A DNA stretch of 63,745 nt, the filler included, from Octopus bimaculoides (lineage: Eukaryota), in NCBI RefSeq assembly GCF_001194135.2. It is 5 parts of 5 records of this genome, joined end to end, with 100 filler letters (N's around TTAATTAATTAA, not from the genome) between each part and the next. Parts side by side here need not be neighbours in the genome. Positions count along the whole stretch, not along the records: positions 9,864 to 40,984 come from NC_068989.1; positions 41,085 to 56,482 come from NC_068996.1; 3 more parts are not named here. One strand, 5' to 3'. Shown here piece after piece: positions 38,513 through 50,810 of this stretch. The number at the start of each line of letters is the position of its first letter. Position 1 is the first letter of the stretch. Both the position numbers and the translations under genes were made by a program. The notes under the pieces were generated by a model. That model was not told where the DNA came from. It searched no databases and saw only the letters and a program-made list of their open reading frames with translations.

Positions 38513-39309
38513 TATATATACAAAAACTCAATTGTGAGTATTTTGCTACGTTTGTTAACAGATACAATATTTTTGCCTAATTTTTGGTATAAAAATATAT
38601 ATAAATACATACATACATACATATATATATATGTATATATATGTACATATATATATATGTATATATATGTATATNNNNNNNNNNNNNNNNNNNNNNNNNN
38701 NNNNNNNNNNNNNNNNNNNNNNNNNNNNNNNNNNNNNNNNNNNNNNNNNNNNNNNNNNNNNNNNNNNNNNNNNNNNNNNNNNNNNNNNNNNNNNNNNNNN
38801 NNNNNNNNNNNNNNNNNNNNNNNNNNNNNNNNNNNNNNNNNNNNNNNNNNNNNNNNNNNNNNNNNNNNNNNNNNNNNNNNNNNNNNNNNNNNNNNNNNNN
38901 NNNNNNNNNNNNNNNNNNNNNNNNNNNNNNNNNNNNNNNNNNNNNNNNNNNNNNNNNNNNNNNNNNNNNNNNNNNNNNNNNNNNNNNNNNNNNNNNNNNN
39001 NNNNNNNNNNNNNNNNNNNNNNNNNNNNNNNNNNNNNNNNNNNNNNNNNNNGCAAGAGGGAGACAGAAAGCGTATTACGAATGAAAATGTAGGTAAGAAA
39101 GACCGAGTAAGTGTAAAATGTAAAATGCATTTTTTTTTTAACATGAGATATAGTTTAAAATATACGATGTTTTTGAAAGACACTATATTCTATAATGAGA
39201 TTATATATACTTTCTCACACAACAATTAAAATATATTTATTTTAAATAATTTATTTATTTTAAATCGTTCATGTTTCTCCCCACTTTCACTCTCACACAC
39301 ACGCACATA

Positions 39310-39960
39310 TATTACTTTGGGAGCGAAAGAGTTTTGTTTATATTTTACAACTATGAAACAAAAACGTATGTAACAATTTGTTAGTCACCACCCTCCAAAC
39401 CCGTTTTTCGGACCACAAAAAGGGTTTGGTAATTTTCCACATTGACACCCGCACGATTTCTACTAGGGTGTTACGGTTAGGGTTTTAGTGTTAGGGTTAG
39501 TTTTACGGTTAGGATTAGGGTTATGTTTAAGGTTAGGATTAGGATTACGGTTGGTGTTAGGGTTACGGTTTTAGAGTCAGGGTTAGGGTTCGGGTTTAGG
39601 GTTAGGGTTAGAGTTAACCTAGAAGGGACAGGCCCCTTATTTTTTGGTTAAGGCTGTTGGTAAGTTTTCCTAAATTACTCCAATCCACATCCCCAATGCA
39701 AACCTTCAGATCAACCTTCTCCTATGCAGATCTCTAATGCAACTTTTAAAAAAAAACAGTCAATGAGTGGAAATAACCAATAAACCGATTCCTTATGGGA
39801 TTTCCCAATCAAATTGCCAGCAAACCATTTTCAGCCAAACCAATGTCAACGGATTTCGCTCAAATCTGATGTCGATGTTACTTATTTTGGTTTGAAATAA
39901 AGCACTTGATCACTTAATAATCCTAGCTTAATCCTGAGCAGCGCCGGGCTATAACGCTAG
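39310..39960 (+). mobile_element. Non-autonomous Helitron-like element with internal TTAGGG-like repeats (5' boundary approximate)
   Basis: 3' end CCTGAGCAGCGCCGGG hairpin (39933-39948) followed by CTAG (39957-39960) then T, the canonical Helitron terminus. Confidence 0.55.
39464..39615 (+). repeat. Degenerate (TTAGGG)n-like tandem array
   Basis: GGTTAG, GGTTAC, GGATTA and GGTTCG variant hexamers over ~150 bp. Confidence 0.85.
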
Positions 39961-40264
39961 TATATATATATTTGCTGGGGCACTACATTTTTAGTCGAAC
40001 GAGTCGACACAAGTATTTACTATTTTAAGCCTAGTACTTATTCTATGAGTCTCTTTTGCTGAACTGTGAGGTTACAGAGACATAATCAACCAACACCAAC
40101 TGTAAAGCGCTGGTGGAGGACTAACACAGACACAAGGACATACACACATAGATATACAACGGGCTTCTTTCAATTTCCGTCAACAAAATCCACTCTCAAG
40201 GCTTTGGTCAGCGCGAGGCTATAGCAGAAGACAGCAGCTCAAGGTGCCGCGCATGGGACAAGCT

Positions 40265-40984
40265 ACTGGTGTTTGTAAAATTTCATTGGTTTAGAGATAG
40301 TTGACTCCGACAACTGGTGTTTGTATGGTGCCCTGGCGCTCCCCAGAATTGCCACCCAGAAAGCGCTACCTAGGAAGTGCCACCCTCGGAACTGTGCCAT
40401 AGGGCTCCCCAGAAGTGCCACCCTCGGAACTGTGCCATTGGGCTCCCCAGAAGTGCCAACCAGGAAGTGCCACCCAGGAAGTGCCACCCTCGGAACTGCA
40501 CCATCTTTCTGGCTGGTTGTCTTCCCTGTTGGGAACGGTCATCAGCCGTTCCTCATAAAGGGTCATTTTGTTGTATTGCTGAAGTCCGGTTTTGATTGGT
40601 CTAGAGTTAGGTGACGTCAGCAACTGGTGTTTGTAAAATTTCATTGGCTTAGAGATAGTTGACGTCCACATCTGGTGTTTGTATGGTGCCATGGGGCTCC
40701 CCAGAAATGCCACCCAGGGAGTGCCACCTCGGAAGTGCCACTCTCGGAACTCTGCCATGATGCTCCCTAGAAGTGTCACCAAAGAAGTACCACCCATGAA
40801 GTGCCACTCTCAGAACTGTGCCATGGGGCACCCCAGAAGTGCCACCCACAGAACTGTGCCACGAGGCTCCCCAGATGTGCCACCCAGGAAGTGCCACCTA
40901 GGAAGTGCCACCCTCGGAACTGTGCCATGGGGCTCCCTAGATGTGCCATCCAAGTGGTGCCACCCATGAAGTGCCACCCTCAGA
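40265..40984. repeat. GC-rich minisatellite with a 358-bp higher-order duplication
   Basis: Subunits GGAAGTGCCACCC(A/T) and GGAACTGTGCCATGGGGCTCCCCA; the unique anchor ACTGGTGTTTGTAAAATTTCATTGG recurs at 40265 and 40623; the array runs into a gap. Confidence 0.9.
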
Positions 40985-41628
40985 NNNNNNNNNNNNNNNN
41001 NNNNNNNNNNNNNNNNNNNNNNNNNNNNTTAATTAATTAANNNNNNNNNNNNNNNNNNNNNNNNNNNNNNNNNNNNNNNNNNNNGATTGACAGTAACCTG
41101 CTTCTCCAACATACTGAGAATTCAGAAATATTTCTGAATTCTCAGTATGTTGGAGAAGCAGGTTACTGTCAATCCCTATATATTTATGATTATAAATTAT
41201 TTACCGAAGAAGGTTTTTTTCATACTGAGCTACCCGGCAGAAATTGTTAATTATTAATTTTATTACTAATTGATGATTCCCTGCCCTGCATATCTATATA
41301 TATATATATATGTAAGTATATATATATATTAAGTAAATGAATTAAGTTATAGAATGAAGTTGGACAAATTCAATCATATTTTTCATAAATGGAGGAGATT
41401 AGATGTTAAAATGGGATAAAATATTTATTCAATTTGCTAGACAATTGTTTCATACAGAAAGACAATAAATTCATTTTCAGAATTTGAGTTGTCAAAGAGT
41501 ATTCTTAAGTAGCACAATAAGAAAAAGTAAGAACTTAATAAAGAAAAAGGTGGTCTTTAGAATTACATAGGTATTGTGTTCTTACTAATTTTTAACGTGT
41601 AATTGTTCTAGGAGTCATGTCTATTTAA

Positions 41629-41663
<35 letters not shown>

Positions 41664-43422
41664 GGACTTCTCTCAATTTCTGTCTACAAATCTACTCATG
41701 AGGTTTTGGTTGACCAGGGTTCCTATAAAAGCAGAATACATTTGCGCAAGGTCCCACACAATGGAACTGCACATGAAACCACATGGTTGAAAAGCACACT
41801 TCTTAACCATACAAGTATACCCGCATCTCCCAATCCAGCTTGCCCCTATACAGTCATATCTGCACTGTATTTTAATATTTTGGATTTAGAAAAATAAACT
41901 CTAAATGCGGTGGTAGTTGAACTGGATCTATCTTGCATGGAGTAAGATAATGAAACGGACATAAATCAAATTCTCACATTAACAGACAGTGATAGAAGGT
42001 TGTGGTCAGTGCAGACTGCTGGAGCTGAATTAACCAAGCAGTACAGCTCATTTCATGTCTGTTGTCAATGGAAGGGATTAATTTATTAATCAAGACAGTT
42101 TCTTTAATCCTTCAACTTCTCATACTTCATTCATTGGCTTTCATAGAACCATGATATGCATATTATGACAGCTTTCTAGATGTTGTGTTTTATGAAGGAA
42201 GCATTTAAATAAATATGCTCTTTAACTGTTTTGATACCAATCTAAGTGAGACTGTCCTTGCTCTCATACTAATGTCCTTTCTTACAATTATTATAAACTT
42301 TCAGTTCAAATTTTGGGCTAATTTATGTTGCCAACACCAGTTTAAGTCAGCCATATATTTTCATATAGATCTGCATAATTTGTCGTACATATATGTCTAT
42401 TATATTTTTGATATTTTTGGTGAATCTGTAATTTTGAAATTTTTAGTATTGTTTTGATATTGAACTTTTTAATGAGAAATGGATTAAATATATTATAATA
42501 CTCCTTTTGGCTTGGTTTATATTCTAATGCTTTTGAATTGTCAAACCTATCTGATTTCATATCTTTAATTTCAATATATATATATACACACATACATATT
42601 ACATATATAGGCTTGTGTCAATGTGCATGTGCACACATATGAATAGAGACATATATACATGTATATATACTGATGTGTCTGTATATACACACATGCTTAC
42701 ACCCCAGGTGGGATGTGAACACACACGCACACACACACACACACACGCACACACGCACATACACACACACACAATCACATATATAAAGTAATAGAAATAA
42801 GAAGATCAAAAAATGATCATGTATACAATTAGTAATAAAATAATTTTTGGCTGTGTGGTAAGTAACTTGCTTACCAACCTCATGGTTCCGGGTTCAGTCC
42901 CACTGTGTGGCACCTTGGGTAAGTGTTTTCTACTATAACCTCTGGCTGACAAAAGCCTTGTGAATGGATTTGGTAGACGGAAACTGAAAGAATCCTGTCG
43001 TTTACGTCTCTGTAACTTAGTGGTTCGGCAAAAGAGACCAATAGAATAAGCACTAGGCTTACAAAGATTAAGTCCTGGGGTTGATTTGTTCGACTAAAGG
43101 CGGTGCTCCAGCATGGCCACAGTCAAAGGAGTGAAAGAAGTAAAAGAATAAATGAAAGAAAACTGTATCTTGTAATGAAATAAAAACTGAAAGATACAGA
43201 AAAAAAATGCAGAAAATTTAGATAAATTATTAGATTGTGAAGTTAGCTGTAGTCGTGAAGCTAGCTTCACAAACACAGGGATCTGGGTTCAGTCCCACAG
43301 TGTGATACCTTGGGGGTAGTGTCTTCTACAATTGCCTTAGATTGACCAAAGCCTTGTGAGAGGATTTGGCAGATGGAAACTGAAAGAAGCACGCAATATA
43401 TAAGTATATATGTACATATTTA

Positions 43423-44297
43423 CAGAGTGCAATGGATAAATTGTTGCTATTTTATATTTCTAATTTCATGCATGTACGTTGTTTTTTATTTTGTCAACTA
43501 CACAGTATAGTAGAGTGAGTTGGCAATGTCTGCGAGAAAAACAGCACCATGACGCAATTCACTCTGCAAGGAAATTGGAAATGACATGCTGTACTGTTTG
43601 GTATTCACACTGGAAGCTTCAATATGAACATTTCAGAGGGTTTGCATATCAAACTGAGGACAATGCAACCTGAGGAGATGCACCGAGAGTGATAAAAATC
43701 AAACATCCAGTCAACATTATGGTGTTCGGAGTGATCACTAGTGATGGCGACGTAATGCCTCCATTCATTTTCCCACATGGCCTCAGACTAAGACAGAGGC
43801 CTACATCAAATGCTTGGGGGTAGTGCTGCCCTGGGTTAAGAAGGTGGCTGCTGGAAGACCCTATGTCTGGCAACAGGACTCTGCACCATGCCACACAAGC
43901 AGGAGAACCCAGTCATGGCTGTCAGACAATTTCTGCGACCACATCACCCCTAACATCTGGCCTCCTAACTCCCCAGACTGCAACCCCCTTGATTATTATG
44001 TGTGGGGCACAGTTGAGCAAGAGATCAACAAAACTCCTTGTAACACCAAAGATGAACTGAAGGCAAAGATTATGGCAGCCTGCACCGACTTAAACAAGGA
44101 GACCGCCCAGAAGAGTTGCAGGAGATTCTGAAGTCTGGAGGCTGTGGTTGAAGTCAATAGCAATTTTATTGAATGAATTTACTCTTTAGTATTTCAAGAT
44201 ATTCCTATGTAATTTTGGTAAATATATCTTAAAATGAGATGTCAATGTTATTTTCATCTTTGTGTAATTTAGATGACAGTTTATTCACTGCACCCTG
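43423..44297 (+). mobile_element. DD37D (maT-family) Tc1/mariner element, internally deleted
   Basis: TIR-like ends TA|CAGAGTGCAATGGATAAATTG and CAGTTTATTCACTGCACCCTG; QQDSAP...SPDCNPLD has 37 residues between the last two catalytic Asp. Confidence 0.88.
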
Positions 44298-45049
44298 TGT
44301 ATATCAATGTGTGTGTGTGTCTTTGTGGCCATGTTTGCTTGACAACCGGTGATGGTTTGTTTATGTTCCCTTTTGACTTAGCAGTTTGGCACAGATACCA
44401 GTAGAATAAGAACTAGTCTTCTATAGAAAATAAGTACCGAGGTCAATTCATTCAACTAAAAATTCTTCAAGGTGATGCCCAAGCATGGTCACAGTCTAAT
44501 GACTGAAACAAGTAAAAGATAAAAGATTTCCAAGTTTGGTTAGTTTGTATTATACTGATGAACTCTAATGGACTGAAATATGTTGTCTACAGTTGACTCT
44601 TTCCATTCCCTAATGTATCACAAAGCACAATTTAATCTGGAACCACTTGCTTATCAAGTAAACTTCAAGAACATATTATCATACATTACTCTCATTCTAC
44701 ATCCTTTTATAAGATCATATGACTAAGAGAATATAGTTGTTGTCATTCCATCCCCTTTACAAAAAGAAAAAGAAAATGAATGAATCACATTACAAATATG
44801 GTACAGACAGAAAAGGGTGTTTAGTATTTATCACAATCAGGTTATCATGTGTAAGAAATATTCACCACAATACTGAAAGATATTGAATGACTTGGAGCTT
44901 AAGCAGAACTACAACATGCAGTAGGGGTTTCTCTTCTCTGTATGCACAGAAATGGGCCCTGATTATTCAACATGAAAAAGTAAAGAAAAGATTTCCACCC
45001 AAAAGCATCTATAATTTTAAATGTGTACAAATAAACATACTGGAAAAAG

Positions 45050-45093
<44 letters not shown>

Positions 45094-45136
45094 AAAGAGA
45101 TAATATAGGGGTGGGAAAATGTATAAATGAACTTAC

Positions 45137-45303
45137 CTTTATTACTGAAGTCATCAACAAGTATTACTTCATGTATAAGATGTTTTGGTGAACGATTCAA
45201 AACACTATAAACGGTTCTTAATAATGTAGACCAATGCTCGTTGTGAAATGGTATTACTACACTTGCATTTGGTAAAATGTATAAATACTTTTTATGGACA
45301 CAG
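45137..45303 (-). CDS. GALNT10: Internal coding exon of a polypeptide N-acetylgalactosaminyltransferase, GALNT10/GALNT17-like (start of the GT-A catalytic domain)
   Basis: Minus strand reads ttttcag|c TGT GTC CAT...AAT AAA g|gtaagt: canonical acceptor and donor, 167 bp (1+55 codons+1). Translation [55 protein letters not shown] carries the ppGalNAc-T signature ([31 protein letters not shown]). The IPFHNE form suggests the GALNT10 clade; paralogue assignment is from memory, not a search. Confidence 0.9.
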
Positions 45304-45327
45304 CTGAAAAATTAAGAATAATGATAA

Positions 45328-45371
<44 letters not shown>

Positions 45372-45729
45372 ATGTTGGTACAAAGTCATCAATTTTAGGG
45401 GGATTATATTGACCCCAGTCTTCAACTTTTATGTATTTAATTGATCCCCCAAAAATGAAAAACAAAATTGACCTCAGTGGAATTTAAACTCACAACATAA
45501 AGGGCTGGAAGAAATGCTGCTAAGCATTTTGTCCAACTCACCACTTTAATACTAACAACAACAACAACAACAATAATAATCCTTTTTACTATAGGCACAA
45601 GACCTGAAATTTTGGGGGAGGAGGAAGTCGATTACATCAACTCCAGTTCTTGACTGGTACTTTTTTTTATCAACCCTGAAAAAATGAAGGGCAAAATCAG
45701 CCTGAGTACTATTTTGAGCACAGAAGGTG

Positions 45730-46200
45730 GGACATGTAGAGATTCTCATTTGGAGTGTACAGCAGAATGCACCAAACACAACTTGATTTATGTTGGTTGT
45801 ATAACAGAACAATTAAACAAAAGATTCAGTGGGAACAGAGATGATGTCAGGCACAATAACAGTAGGTCGACAGAACTTGCCGAACATTTTACATCAAATG
45901 GCTACAATTTTGAAAAAGACATGAAAGTGCATATTCTCAGAAAATATTCTGAATCCGTTACACTTTCAGTACTCAAAATGCATGAGGAGAAATATGGTTG
46001 TGAGTTCTTAACATCACACCCTGAAGGGATGAACAAAATGACAGGGGAATTTCATCACATTTCCACAAAACTGTTTGGTTAAATATTCTTCTTTTGTCTT
46101 TTCTTTTTCTTTTTTCTTTCAACGTGAATTTGAATTTCTATGAATCACTTTTCATTTTGAACTGGACAAAGACAGGCAAGCAGTCAAAATATCATTCAAA
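45730..46200 (+). mobile_element. Penelope-like GIY-YIG endonuclease C-terminus plus start of pLTR
   Basis: CTKHNLIYVGCITEQLNKRFSGNRDDV...LAEHF...KVHIL...E..GCEFLTSHPEGMN fits the YIG..R...H...A.HF...L.T..P.GLN pattern. Confidence 0.8.
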
Positions 46201-46269
46201 CCAATAATATATCTATCACAATTGCATTATACTCTTTGCATTGTCTAATAATAATGATGATGATGATAA

Positions 46270-46465
46270 TGAGGAGCTTTGTGACTGCCATCAATATATC
46301 AACGTATGAGCTGTTGCTGAAGTCTGCTATAATGCACCCATTCTGAAATGGACATGAGTGGAGATTGACTGACTCGATTGCACTACACAAAAGGTGATGA
46401 CAATGCATGGTGGCCTCCACCCTAAGGTGAATGTATACAGGCTGTACATAAAGAGGAGAAAGGTG
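46270..46465 (+). mobile_element. R4/Dong RT-thumb fragment
   Basis: YNAPILKWT*VEID*LDCTTQKVMTMHGGLHPKVNVYRLYIKR matches the LKWT..EL..LDRKTRK.MTMHG.LHPK.DV.RLY motif. Confidence 0.7.
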
Positions 46466-46567
46466 AAAAGATGAAAGGCAAGATCAACTTTGACAAAATT
46501 TGAACTCAGAATGTAAAGATAGACAAAATGCTGCTAAGCATTTTGCCCAGCATGCTAATGATTCTGC

Positions 46568-46605
<38 letters not shown>

Positions 46606-46944
46606 TTAATAATAATAATAATACCCTATGAAAAATATTGTCTATGTAATCCCGCAAACATTTTAATCTGTAAACCTTGTTAAAAGTACTCTTAAACTTA
46701 CATAATAACAAACACCTTTTGCTGTCATTTTAATACCACACTATCATCTTACAATCCAATTACTTTTAAAACAAACTTCTAATTTACTTATGTTTTGAGA
46801 GACATTCTCTAGAACAATACTCTGTGCAAAACCAAATACATGGCACCCTAGTCATAAGACCAACTTGAACTTCTAACCTGTTGTCTCTTGAGGTCTCTGA
46901 GTGAGACTTGGAGTCAACTTGTACAAATACAAAGCAAAAGCCAA

Positions 46945-46946
46945 AC

Positions 46947-47001
<55 letters not shown>

Positions 47002-47038
47002 CAACAACAATAACAACAACAACAACAACAACAACAAC

Positions 47039-47077
<39 letters not shown>

Positions 47078-47078
47078 T
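46945..47078. repeat. (AAT)n/(AAC)n compound microsatellite
   Basis: Directly visible. Confidence 0.95.
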
Positions 47079-47324
47079 TCAACCATAGGCACAAGGCCTC
47101 AAATTTGGGGGAGGGGTATAATATTTCCTACTATAAGCACAAGGCCTGATAGGAGGGGGAGGGGTAAGTCAATTACATTGACCCCAGTGCGTAGCTAGTA
47201 CTTAATTTTATTGACCCCTAAGGCAAAGTCAACCTTGGCAGAATTTGAACTCAGAATGTAATGATGAATGAACTGCTACTAAGCATTTTGCCCAGCATGC
47301 TAATGATTCTGCCAGCTTGCTGCC

Positions 47325-47365
<41 letters not shown>

Positions 47366-47366
47366 T

Positions 47367-47723
47367 ACAAGAGCACTCAGAGAGTACAAACCTCCGCCAA
47401 AGCAATACCAATGTCTTCTCAACGATTAGCCAGAGATGATTTTTAAAATGAGAATATTTGAAATAAACTGCTCTCACAAACAAGAATACTAAAAATGAAC
47501 CCGACCGCTCTCAAAAATTAAGTAAAAAAACAAGAAAAATAATCTAGAATCCTTGTCTGGTACCGGATCGACCCCCAACATCTAATCAGTTCATGCCAAT
47601 CACAAGGCCAAACATCTCTGAAAGTTTCATCTGAATCCATCCAGTGGTTTTTGAGCTATCTTGTCCATGGACAAACAAACCGGACTGAAAACAATACCTC
47701 TGCCTTCGCTAAGGCAGAGGTAA
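47367..47723 (+). mobile_element. Non-autonomous Helentron/HINE-like element, intact copy
   Basis: 5' subterminal ACCTCCGCC, 3' hairpin TACCTCTGCC-ttcgctaa-GGCAGAGGTA, inserted beside a (TAA)n tract; architecture typical of HINE/DINE-1 elements. Confidence 0.65.
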
Positions 47724-48024
47724 CAATAGTAATAATGGCTTCAAATTTTGCCACAAGGGCAGTAATTTTGGGGAAGGGGATGAGTCAATTATCTTCACCC
47801 CACTGTTTAACTGGTACTTATTTTATCACCCCCAAAAGGATGAAAGGTAAAGTCAACCTCAACAGAATTTGAATTCAGAACATAGAGACAGACGAAATGC
47901 CGCTAAGCATTTTGCCCAGCATGCTAACGATTCTGCCAGTTCAATGCCTTAATTATAATAATAAATAAAAATTATAATCCGTTCTACTAAAGGCACATGG
48001 CCTGAAATTTGGCGGAAGAGGACT

Positions 48025-49900
48025 AATCAATTACATTACAATAAGAATGAAAAAGAGATAGACTCCTTAACACAGACTGTAAGACTCTTCTGCAAAGATA
48101 TAAGCACGGAATTTGGCATAGATAAGTGTGCAACATTAGTCATGAGAAGGGGACGGGTAAACAAGAGTGAAGGCATCCAATCACCAGATGGCTAGATATT
48201 AAAATCACCGAAAGGAGGAGAGAGTTATAAGTATCTAGGAGTGTTAGAATCTGACAGAGTATTAACTACAGAAATGAAGACGAAAATTGAGAAGGAGTAC
48301 ATAAGGGTGAGAAAGCTAATGAAGTCAAAGTTAAATGCCGAATCTAGTGAAGGCTGTAAAGACTTGGACAGTATCATTACTTAGATACTCAGTAGCTTTT
48401 GTAGATTGGAAAAAAACTGAATTAGCAAAGCTAGACAGAAGAATAAGGAAGAAATTCAATATGAATGGAGGACTCCTCCTAAGATCAGGAGTAGCAAGAT
48501 TACACCTACCTAGAAAGGAACGTGGAAAAGGGCTAACATCAGTAGAAGATTACATGGAGTTAGCTAGAGTAGATATAGACTTCTATGTAGGTAATAGTGA
48601 AGAAAGTTTATTAAAAGCTGCTAGAGTCACAGCAACACATAGGGAAACCAAAACATTAAACGAACTTAAAAACCAGAAAAAAGAACAGAAATTATCTGAC
48701 TGGCAGGAGAAGGCATTGCATGATAGATTCCCAAAGATAGTCTCAGCAAATAGTAGTAATGAGATGTGGTTATGGCTGCAGAAAGAAAAACTGAAGAGAG
48801 TGATAGAAAGTTTGTTAGTAGCTGCACAAGATCAAGTATTAAAGATTAATTGGATAAAAGCCAAGATAGACAAAAACCAAGTAGATTCCCAATGTAGATT
48901 ATGCAAATCAAAAAGGAAAGCATTACTCATATAGTAAGTGAATGTAGCATGCTGGCACAGAAAGAATACAAGACATGACAATCCACTGGGAGCTATGTAG
49001 AATGCTAGGATTTAAAAATATTGATAAATGGTATGAACATGAACCTAGTAAAGTGCTAGAAAGTAAGAAATACAAGTTGTTGTGGGACTTTAACATTCAG
49101 ACTGACAGGGTAATAGAAGCTAGAAGGGCTGATTTAGTAGTAGTAGATAAAGAGAAGAGAAAGTGCCAAATAATTGACTTTACTGTCCCAAATGATGAAA
49201 AAATTAATATGAGAAGTAGAGAAAAAATAGCAAAGTACCAGGAACTAGCCATTGAATTACAGAGACTATGGAATATGCGGGTAAAATGTATCTCAGTTGT
49301 TATAGGTGCATTAGGAACTATTATTCTTTAATTATTTTACTTGTTTCAGCCGTTTGGCTGTGGCCATGCTCGTGTACCACCTTTAGTTGAACAGATCGAC
49401 CTCAGGACTTATTCTTTGTATGCTTAAAACTTATTGTATCAGTCTCTTTTTGTCAAACCGCTAAGTTACGAGGACGTAAACACACCAACATCAGCTGTCA
49501 AGCGATGATGGGGAACAAACAGACACACACATATATGTATACATATACGGCAGGCTTCTTTCAGTTTCTGTCTACCAAATCCACTCACAAGGCTTTGGCT
49601 ATAGTAGAAGACACTTGTTCAAGGTTTCACAAAGTGGGACTGAACCTAGAACCATGTGGCTGGTATGCAAGCTACTTACCATACAGCCACACCTGCACCT
49701 ATTTCTAAAGATCTTAACAGATGGTTGGAGGAAATAAGCATAAAACCCAGTTTAGTACAGCTGCAGAAAACAGTGTTATTAGGGACAGCTAGGAAACTTA
49801 AGAGGATCCTTGGCATCTTAGGTTACTTGTTGTAGCCCGATGTTAGGATTCTTTTCTTTTCCAACAGTCTAATCTGTTGAGTGTATATGAACAACATCAA
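48025..49900 (+). mobile_element. R4/Dong element, 5'-truncated (RT C-terminus, zinc finger, RLE, 3' UTR), interrupted by a SINE at about 49330-49705
   Basis: ORFs 48335-48934 and 48975-49331 (RLHLPRKERGKGL, AAQDQ, CRLCKS, WDFNIQTDRVIEARRADLVVVDK, KYQELA); resumes at about 49710 (LQKTVLLGTARKL) and ends in an (AAT)n tail. Confidence 0.9.
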
Positions 49901-49914
49901 CAACAACAATAATG

Positions 49915-49953
<39 letters not shown>

Positions 49954-50810
49954 TTGGTTTCAAATGTTGGCAGAAGATTAGCAATTTAGGAAAGAGGGTA
50001 TGTTGGTTACATTAACCCCAGTACTTGAAAGGATGAAAGACAAAACTGACATGCCATTAAGGAAAAGGACAAGCCTTTTTGTCTGTGGATAAGGGTAGAG
50101 TTATGGACAGCTCATTAGCTGCCATCAGCACAACAATTATCCAACCTTTATCTCCATTAGCTAAGGGGCTTATATACAAAAGATAGAAGACATATACAGC
50201 CTAGGTAATTTTCATGATTTATACATAGAAATATTCTCTATTTCTGCTACTGCTTTTTCTTTTCCCCACCACACAGAAGTTCATCTTTCTCAAATTTTGT
50301 TCCTACCTCTCTTTTCCTTTCCACTTTCTGTTTTCCTCATCTCTACTTGGGCCTTTCTAGTTCTGCTATCTGGTTTTGTTTTGTTTTCCCCTTTCTCTAT
50401 TTTTTTTTTTTTTATGTCCTACCAGTTGAAAATCACTATTTTCACCAACTTTAATCTCCCAGTAAATCTGCAAAAATTTACATCTTTTGTTTGTTCCTTT
50501 AACGTCAACAGACTATTTGCATTTCTTATATTTAATTTGCCTTGTACTGCAACATTTATCCCTAAAGACCCAGACCCTTAACGGACTGAACACCACTAAA
50601 CATCTTGTAGTCTCGACAATTGCTGTTGAAAACCATATATACCATTAACTTGACATCTAATAATGGAATGATTTTTTAAAAAAACTATATCCTATTTTAC
50701 TTCATGAACACTGAGGAATTCCTGAAGCAGATCCAGTGGCATTTATATCAATGGCATTAGGTAGCCATAGACAGTTAAAGTACTTTAATCAGTACACTAC
50801 CAGATGTATA

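Noticed and set aside
39464-39615. True telomere or fusion scar
   Set aside because: Short, highly degenerate, single orientation and embedded in an apparent Helitron-like element.
40263-41040. Several overlapping ORFs on both strands
   Set aside because: Products of the stop-poor minisatellite.
44555-44593. CTGATGA...GAAA hammerhead-like string
   Set aside because: Stem II (ACTC/GGAC) and stem I do not pair properly; at best a very decayed relic.
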